Shown piece by piece: positions 55,171-61,912 of a stretch of 61,912 bases of DNA; position 1 is the first letter of the stretch; each line of letters begins with the position of its first letter. The position numbers and the translations under genes were made by a program. The stretch spans positions 1 through 61,912 of the forward strand of contig CAYWEO010000006.1 in assembly GCA_964457855.1 (NCBI GenBank), in the 5' to 3' direction. Under the pieces are notes generated by a model. That model saw nothing but the letters and a program-made list of their open reading frames with translations. It was not told the DNA's origin and searched no databases. This DNA is from an uncultured Opitutales bacterium. GTDB lineage: Bacteria > Verrucomicrobiota > Verrucomicrobiia > Opitutales > CAYWEO01.

Positions 55171-55525
55171 AGAGATTTGGCTTATCGATAATAAGACCCT
55201 GCAGCCATGAGAAGACTTTTTTGAGTTGGAAGGTAGGTTGTTTTTTGAGGAGGTCGACGATGTGTTCGGTGAAGTCTTGGGGTTCGTAGTTAGCGGTTTC
55301 GAGGAGAAAGAGGACGACGGCGTCGCGATGGATCCAATAGGATTTACGTTTTTCTTCGCCTTTTTTTGCTCGGCCGTTGGAGGCATGACCGAGGATTTTT
55401 TGGTTATCGAAGCAATCTCGGACATATTGGTCGCTTTTCCCGATGACCGCGGCGACCTCTTTTGGGGAGAACCATTCTTTATTTTGAGGTAAATTAAAAT
55501 TGAATTGTTGGGGATATTGAGTCAT
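55148..55525 (-). CDS. Small helix-turn-helix DNA-binding protein (excisionase/MerR-like HTH)
   Basis: The segment FSPKEVAAVIGKSDQYVRDCF is HTH-like. The last codons and the stop lie inside hairpin H1 at 55131-55170. Confidence 0.5.
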   Translation of the reverse strand: MTQYPQQFNFNLPQNKEWFSPKEVAAVIGKSDQYVRDCFDNQKILGHASNGRAKKGEEKRKSYWIHRDAVVLFLLETANYEPQDFTEHIVDLLKKQPTFQLKKVFSWLQGLIIDKPNLSGKPTFL

Positions 55526-55676
55526 AGAGCACCAACCATTATACTGTAAATGCGATTTTCCGTCAATGATTTCCTGAAAGTTCGTTGCAAAGAATCGCTG
55601 AAAAAGTCAGGAAATTTTTCTGACTTGCGTTTTTTAACGTGATGTTTAGAGTGAAGTGAGTTATTATTTATGTATT

Positions 55677-56963
55677 ATGGAAAAAGTTGAAAATGAAGAT
55701 ACGGTTGAAAATGAAAGTGCAGATGAAAGCGCAGATGCGACTGAAAGTACAGATGTGAAGGAATGGGAGGTGAAGCGGGTTGCCATTTTGACGGCCGGCG
55801 GGATTGCGCCGTGTTTGGCTGCTACTGTAGGTGCTCTGATCGAGCGTTACGCAGAGATCGATTCGAAAATTGAAATCCTGTGCTATAGAAATGGCTATCA
55901 CGGTTTGTTGTTGGGGCACAGCGTCTTAGTGAATGACGTTGTGAGACGTCAAGCCCATATTTTGCAGGGTTTTGGAGGAAGTCCGATCGGGAATAGCCGC
56001 GTTAAATTGACGAATGCGGCGGATTGCGTGAAAAAGGGGTTGATCAAAGAGAAAGAGAATCCCTTGAAAGTGGCCGCGGAGCAGCTGATGAAGGATAAGG
56101 TTGATGTCCTGCATGTGATTGGTGGTGATGACACGAATACAACGGCTGCGGATTTAGCTAAGTACTTGAAGGAGAGCGCTTACGAGCTGTGTGTCGTTGG
56201 TCTGCCAAAAACGGTTGATAACGACATTTATCCCATCAAACAAACTCTGGGCGCTCATACCGCTGCCGTCCAAGGAGCTCGTTTTTTCGAAAACATTGTG
56301 GCTGAGCAAAGTGCTAACCCCAACATGCTGATCGTCCATGAAGTGATGGGGAGGCATTCTGGCTGGCTAACATTTGCGACCGCTCAATATTACCATAAAG
56401 AGCTGTGGGCGAAGAAGATTTTTCTTCCTGAACTCGGATTCCATAAGGAACTTTACGCGATTCACGGGATGTTTGTTCCAGAGGTGACAATCGATATTCC
56501 TGCCGAGGCAGCCCGTTTAAAGGCGACCATGAAAAAGTACGGTTGTGTCAACATTTTTGTGAGCGAAGGTGCTGGCATCCAAGACATTCTTGCGATGATG
56601 GAACGCAATCGCGACCCCATACCGGTCGACGCCTTTGGACACGTCAAATTAGACGCGATCAACCCAGGAAAATGGTTCGGCGACCAGTTCGGGAAAATGA
56701 TCGGAGCCAGTAAAATTTTGGTCCAAAAAAGTGGCTATTTTGCCCGTTCAGCACCCGCGGAGCTCACCGATATCCGCCTCATCCAATCCATGGTGGACAG
56801 CGCCGTTGCTTCCGCTCTCAAAGGCGAATCCGGCGTCATTGGTCACGACATAGAAAGAAATAACCAACTCCGCTGCATAGAGTTCGACCGCGTCAAAGGC
56901 GGTAAGGTCCTCGATGTGACTGATCCGGAATACAAAGACTTTATGAAGGAGATAGGGGGGTAG
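55677..56963 (+). CDS. 6-phosphofructokinase family enzyme (PPi- or ATP-dependent)
   Basis: Carries GGDDTNT, PKTVDNDI and EVMGRHSGW. The phosphoryl donor cannot be decided by eye. Confidence 0.88.
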   Translation: MEKVENEDTVENESADESADATESTDVKEWEVKRVAILTAGGIAPCLAATVGALIERYAEIDSKIEILCYRNGYHGLLLGHSVLVNDVVRRQAHILQGFGGSPIGNSRVKLTNAADCVKKGLIKEKENPLKVAAEQLMKDKVDVLHVIGGDDTNTTAADLAKYLKESAYELCVVGLPKTVDNDIYPIKQTLGAHTAAVQGARFFENIVAEQSANPNMLIVHEVMGRHSGWLTFATAQYYHKELWAKKIFLPELGFHKELYAIHGMFVPEVTIDIPAEAARLKATMKKYGCVNIFVSEGAGIQDILAMMERNRDPIPVDAFGHVKLDAINPGKWFGDQFGKMIGASKILVQKSGYFARSAPAELTDIRLIQSMVDSAVASALKGESGVIGHDIERNNQLRCIEFDRVKGGKVLDVTDPEYKDFMKEIGG

Positions 56964-56968
56964 TTTTT

Positions 56969-57142
56969 CCGGGAAACCCCCTTTTTTATAAAAAAGCGGG
57001 TTTCCCGGACCCTTCTCACTAAAAATTTTCGTTCGGAAGGCATTTTTTCAGCACGTAGTGCTAAAAAAATGCCTTCCGATACCGCTTTTCTTTTGAAGGT
57101 TCGGAAACTTTTTCTTTTCTCGTGAAAAGAAAAGTTTCCGAA
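56969..57142 (+). repeat. Complete tripartite mosaic (H1-H2-H3)
   Basis: H1 lies at 56969-57008, H2 at 57032-57079 and H3 at 57100-57142. Confidence 0.92.
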
Positions 57143-57162
57143 ATTATTTTATTTTATACCCC

Positions 57163-57621
57163 CTACCTTCCAAAAAATCGTTCTACAGCGTCGGTAAAGA
57201 TCGCAGGCGGTCGGACGGGGCGGTGGAGGTGGTTGATAAAGCCGTGGGAGATGGTGCCTGTTGCGAGGAGGTCGTTGTTACGGAGGACCTTATAGTGGAC
57301 TTGGTAGCGGGCCTTTGGGGGTTCGAGGATGGCAGCCTCGATGATGATGCGATCGTCGAAAAAGGCAGGTTTTTTGTATTGGATGTTAACCTCGAGGACG
57401 GGGCAGTGGAGACCCATAGCGTTGATGGAGGCGTAGGGGCAATGAATGTCGTCAAGGAGTTGAATACGAGCGACTTCGAACCAATTCACGTAGTGGCTGT
57501 GATGAACGACGCCCATGGCATCCGTTTCAACGTAGCGCACGCGGAGAGGAGTCTGCGAGGTGATTGCAGGAGCAAGCGCTTGCGAAGCGATCTCGGGGAT
57601 GTGGTTTTGTGGAGCGGTCAT
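57163..57621 (-). CDS. 4HBT/YbgC-type acyl-CoA thioesterase
   Basis: Carries the hot-dog fold motif RVRYVETDAMGVVHHSHYVNWFEVAR. Its ATG overlaps the atpC stop (ATGA). Confidence 0.85.
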   Translation of the reverse strand: MTAPQNHIPEIASQALAPAITSQTPLRVRYVETDAMGVVHHSHYVNWFEVARIQLLDDIHCPYASINAMGLHCPVLEVNIQYKKPAFFDDRIIIEAAILEPPKARYQVHYKVLRNNDLLATGTISHGFINHLHRPVRPPAIFTDAVERFFGR

Positions 57622-58043
57622 GAAGAATGGGGCTTGTTTTTAAGCAATTCTTGCAGAACGGTAAAGCGGAGATTCGATTCAAGCCGTTCGAGTTCAGCGG
57701 GATCAACGGGAACCTGTTTTTTCGATTCCTGCAAAGCCTTTTCCGCACGTGTGCGAGCTTCCTGAATGGTTGAAATATCCGTGCGTTGGACGTCGACCGC
57801 CGCCTCAACGAGCAGCGAAACGCGGTCCCCAATTACCTGAAAAAACCCCTGATCAATCGCAATGCAGTGCTCCCGCTTGCACTCCTCAAAGGCCCTAATG
57901 GCGCCAGGGGCAACCATTCCCAGCAGGGGAATATGCCCAGGCAAGACCTGAATTTCGCCCTCAGTGGTCGGGAAAGACGCGCACGCAACTTTCTCATTGA
58001 AAACAACTTTCTCCGGCGTGATGATTTCTAGTGTTAGTGACAT
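57618..58043 (-). CDS. atpC: F1 ATP synthase epsilon subunit
   Basis: Carries LTLEIITPEKVVF...EGEIQVLPGHIPLL and has a helical C-terminus. Confidence 0.9.
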   Translation of the reverse strand: MSLTLEIITPEKVVFNEKVACASFPTTEGEIQVLPGHIPLLGMVAPGAIRAFEECKREHCIAIDQGFFQVIGDRVSLLVEAAVDVQRTDISTIQEARTRAEKALQESKKQVPVDPAELERLESNLRFTVLQELLKNKPHSS

Positions 58044-58070
58044 ATAATAGGCAAGTTAGGGTGGTGGTGA

Positions 58071-58238
58071 CCTGGAAAACCATTTTTTGCAAAAATTAGT
58101 TTTCCAGGGCCCTTTCCAAAAAAACTCTCGTTTCGGAAGGCATTTTTTGGCACGTAGTGCCAGAAAAATGCCTTCCGATATGCTTTTCTTTGAAGGGTCC
58201 GGGAAACTTTCTTTTCGAAGAAAAGAAAGTTTCCCGGA
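58071..58238 (+). repeat. Complete tripartite mosaic (H1-H2-H3) inside the atpD-atpC spacer
   Basis: H1 at 58071-58108 has CCTGG...CCAGG ends. H2 lies at 58132-58178 and H3 at 58198-58238. Confidence 0.9.
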
Positions 58239-58255
58239 AAAACATCCTCCTTATT

Positions 58256-59814
<1,559 letters not shown>

Positions 59815-59840
59815 TCGTAAGATTTGTTAAAAATAAGGTA

Positions 59841-59946
59841 TTGGAAGGCATTTTTGGGCCTGCAAGGCATAAAAATGCCTTCCGAATAAGAGTTTTTTTG
59901 GAAAGGGTCCGGGAAAACCAATTTTTGCAAAAAATGGTTTTTCCGG
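59841..59946 (-). repeat. Partial tripartite mosaic (H2-H1 on the + strand) in the atpG-atpD spacer
   Basis: H2 at 59841-59885 has a degenerate inner stem. It is followed by the linker ATAAGAGTTTTTTTGGAAAGGGT and H1 at 59909-59946. Confidence 0.85.
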
Positions 59947-59974
59947 TATCTCATCCACAAAATCATCTCTAAAA

Positions 59975-60865
59975 TTAATTTTCATGTTGGCTAGCGGAGA
60001 TTTCGACGATTTCTTGGGTGATGGAGCTTTGGCGGGCCTTATTGAATTCGAGGGTGAGGTCGTCGAGGATTGTTTCGGCATTGTCTGTGGCGGCTTTCAT
60101 GGCGACCATGCGGGCACTGTGTTCGGAAGCCTTTGTTTCGAGGAGGATTTGGTAGAGGGCCTTTTTGAGGAAGAGGAGGGGGAGTTGGTCGAGAATGGCC
60201 TGAGGCCCGGGTTCCATGAGCATGGGACGCGGGTCTGGAGAGGGGAGATTGCGCGATTCGAAGTTCTTGAATTGTTCCTCCAAATGCTCATGGAAGTGCT
60301 GCATGGGGAGAAGATTTTGCAGCGAAGTTTCTTGAACAAGGACGTTTTTGAAGCGTGGAAAGAGGATTTCGACGGTATCGATTTCACCACTTTTGAAGGC
60401 ATCTACGACGAATTCTGCGATTTTTTGGACGTCAGAGAAGTGCACAGTATCGGGTACGCAGAATTGACCTAAGACGTTGCAGTGCATGCGCGAAAGATAC
60501 TGCATGGGCTTGTTTCCAACGACGATAAACCGCGATTCTTGCGGATGCAGGAGGTGAATTTGCTTGTAAAGGTTCTGGTTGAGCGTCCCGCAGAGGCCCT
60601 TATCGGTTCCGATGACCAAAATCCCACGATGCACGATTGGCCGCTCTTCAAAAAATGGGTGATTGATCCGAATTTCCTGCAAATCGATCTGCTTCGCCAA
60701 TGACCCAATGATCTCCGCGAGCAAAAGATTGTACGGACGACCCGATAACGCCGCGTTCTGCGCCCTTTTCATCTTCGACGCCGCAACTAAATGCATCGCA
60801 CGCGTAATCTGAGCGGTATTCCTGATGGCTCTGATGCGATGTTTAATCTCTCTTAAACCTTTCAT
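59975..60865 (-). CDS. atpG: F1 ATP synthase gamma subunit
   Basis: Starts MKGLREIKHRIRAIRNTAQITRAMHLVAASKM and has a conserved C-terminus (ITQEIVEI). The start was trimmed to 60865 because upstream codons read through L10. Confidence 0.9.
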   Translation of the reverse strand: MKGLREIKHRIRAIRNTAQITRAMHLVAASKMKRAQNAALSGRPYNLLLAEIIGSLAKQIDLQEIRINHPFFEERPIVHRGILVIGTDKGLCGTLNQNLYKQIHLLHPQESRFIVVGNKPMQYLSRMHCNVLGQFCVPDTVHFSDVQKIAEFVVDAFKSGEIDTVEILFPRFKNVLVQETSLQNLLPMQHFHEHLEEQFKNFESRNLPSPDPRPMLMEPGPQAILDQLPLLFLKKALYQILLETKASEHSARMVAMKAATDNAETILDDLTLEFNKARQSSITQEIVEISASQHEN

Positions 60866-60873
60866 ATCGTTGT

Positions 60874-60993
60874 AAGCGCGTCGATTTTGAGCGGCGAGTT
60901 CGTTGCGCTCGGCCTCAATGCCATCACGTACGTTAGTACGCTCAGGCATCTCGTTCTCGCGCGCCTGCTCGTCATCTCAAAATCGAAGCGCTT
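60874..60993 (+). repeat. L element copy L10 (subfamily LB), 9 nt upstream of the atpG start
   Basis: It is almost identical to L9 in the core. The outer stem AAGCGCGTCGATTTTGAG pairs with CTCAAAATCGAAGCGCTT. Confidence 0.9.
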
Positions 60994-61017
60994 CCTCGTT
61001 AAAAAATTGAAAATTTT

Positions 61018-61053
61018 GGAAAACTTTATCTTTGTAAAGAATGGGTTTCCCGG
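61018..61053. repeat. Degenerate solitary H1-like hairpin
   Basis: GGAAAACTTTATCTTTGTAAAGAATGGGTTTCCCGG is an imperfect palindrome with an H1-type 3' arm. Confidence 0.5.
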
Positions 61054-61065
61054 AACTTGAGCGAC

Positions 61066-61219
61066 GAAAAGACGGCATCTATTTTGAGATGACGAGCAGG
61101 CGCGCGAGGTCGATTGGAGACCATCCAATCCCCCAATTCCTGAGCGTACTGACGTACGTGATGGAATTGAGATCCGATGCGCAACGAACTCGCCGCTCAA
61201 AATAGATGCCGTCTTTTTC
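61066..61219 (-). repeat. L element copy L11 (subfamily LB, opposite orientation, longer apical arm)
   Basis: The 23-bp outer stem GAAAAGACGGCATCTATTTTGAG pairs with CTCAAAATAGATGCCGTCTTTT(T)C. The core reads GAG-ATGA-CGAG-CAGG-CGCGC...CC-TGAG-CGTAC-TGAC-GTACG-TGAT-GG. The right end overlaps the atpA stop codon. Confidence 0.9.
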
Positions 61220-61912
61220 ATTGGACGGTTGTTAGGGTTGTCTTCCATGCCGTTAGTGTCGCGCGGAGGGTTTCTTCAAATTCTTTAGTGATTTCTTTTT
61301 TCGTATAGAGTTCGAGGAGAACGGGTTGGGCGGATTCTTGGAGGTAGGTTTCCATGTGCCTTGCGGTTTCGAGGGTTTTGGGAATGGCGATGTCGTCGAA
61401 AAACTTATTTTGCAGGGCCCAAATGAGAATGATTTGGATTTCGACGGCTTTTGGACTAGAAATGGGTTGTTTGAAGAGTTCAACGATGCGTCCTCCGCGT
61501 TCTAGCTGACTCTTTGTCGCGGAATCGAGGTCTGCGCCGAATTGGGCGAAAGCGGCGAGCTCGTAGTACTGGGCCATTTCGAGTTTTAAGCGACCGGCCA
61601 CCTGCTTGAGAGCCTTTATCTGGGCGGCAGAACCGACGCGAGAAACGGAGGGTCCAATCGCGATTGCGGGGCGAATTCCCTTATTAAAAAGGTCGGTTTC
61701 GAGGAAAATCTGGCCGTCCGTGATGGAAATGACGTTTGTGGGGATGTAAGCGGAAATGTCGCCCGCCTGAGTCTCGATGATGGGTAGGGCGGTGAGAGAG
61801 CCGTTTCCGCAAGCGGCGCTCAAACGTGCGGAACGTTCCAACAAGCGTGAGTGTAGGTAAAAAATGTCGCCCGGATAGGCCTCGCGTCCGGAGGGTCGCT
61901 TCAAAACGAGGG
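61218..61912 (-). CDS. atpA: F1 ATP synthase alpha subunit (C-terminal part; the gene continues beyond the window)
   Basis: Carries [49 protein letters not shown] and [10 protein letters not shown]. Confidence 0.95.
   Translation of the reverse strand, partial: LVLKRPSGREAYPGDIFYLHSRLLERSARLSAACGNGSLTALPIIETQAGDISAYIPTNVISITDGQIFLETDLFNKGIRPAIAIGPSVSRVGSAAQIKALKQVAGRLKLEMAQYYELAAFAQFGADLDSATKSQLERGGRIVELFKQPISSPKAVEIQIILIWALQNKFFDDIAIPKTLETARHMETYLQESAQPVLLELYTKKEITKEFEETLRATLTAWKTTLTTVQ

Noticed and set aside
54895-55425. The N-terminal 177 residues of the 456-aa ORF that contains TatD.
   Set aside because: TatD homology starts at MLIIDTHCHL (ATG at 54894). The upstream part reads through H3, H2 and two H1 hairpins, and then through a Ser/Thr/Pro/Lys low-complexity shadow frame of the HTH gene at 55148-55525.

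Overview
This is a roughly 62 kb bacterial chromosomal window, gene-dense and mostly housekeeping.

**Gene content, in order:** AMP-dependent ligase, folA-thyA, tRNA-Gly, an MFS transporter, mreB-mreC-mreD-mrdA, a CPBP protease, comF-accD-folC, exbB-exbD, yajC-secDF-recJ and a GH13 debranching enzyme. These are followed by a five-gene ABC/GldG-like/DUF4340-like/AsmA-like envelope cluster, accB-accC-asp23, RNase P RNA, xseA, dus, a GT39/ArnT-like glycosyltransferase, rsmG and an amino-acid ABC importer. The window ends with ruvC, tRNA-Glu, truA, tatD, a PFK, and atpA(partial)-atpG-atpD-atpC plus a coupled thioesterase.

**Possible lifestyle:** fused SecDF, MreB/PBP2, a PFK of the PPi/ATP family and Sec-signal-bearing eukaryote-like cysteine-type LRR proteins hint at a host-associated diderm, perhaps of the PVC group. 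This cannot be proven from sequence alone.

**Main result:** almost every longer spacer in the core regions is filled by two apparently undescribed families of structured repeats.
- **Tripartite hairpin mosaic (H1-H2-H3):** a ~170-nt unit found at about 18 loci.
- **L element:** a 120-150-nt long imperfect hairpin in 3 subfamilies, with 11 copies.

By manual tally the two families together cover about 4 kb of the window. Helices are kept by compensatory changes. The elements nest inside each other, sit inside the atp operon spacers, and supply stop codons, C-terminal tails and possibly a start codon to conserved genes.

**Repeat-free islands:** visibly AT-rich islands at 5.0-6.7 kb, 33.3-34.7 kb, 43.5-45.1 kb and 48.4-50.3 kb encode orphan secreted, LRR or coiled-coil proteins and contain no repeats.

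**Conventions:** coordinates include stop codons. Several ORF-track N-termini were trimmed because they only read through repeats.
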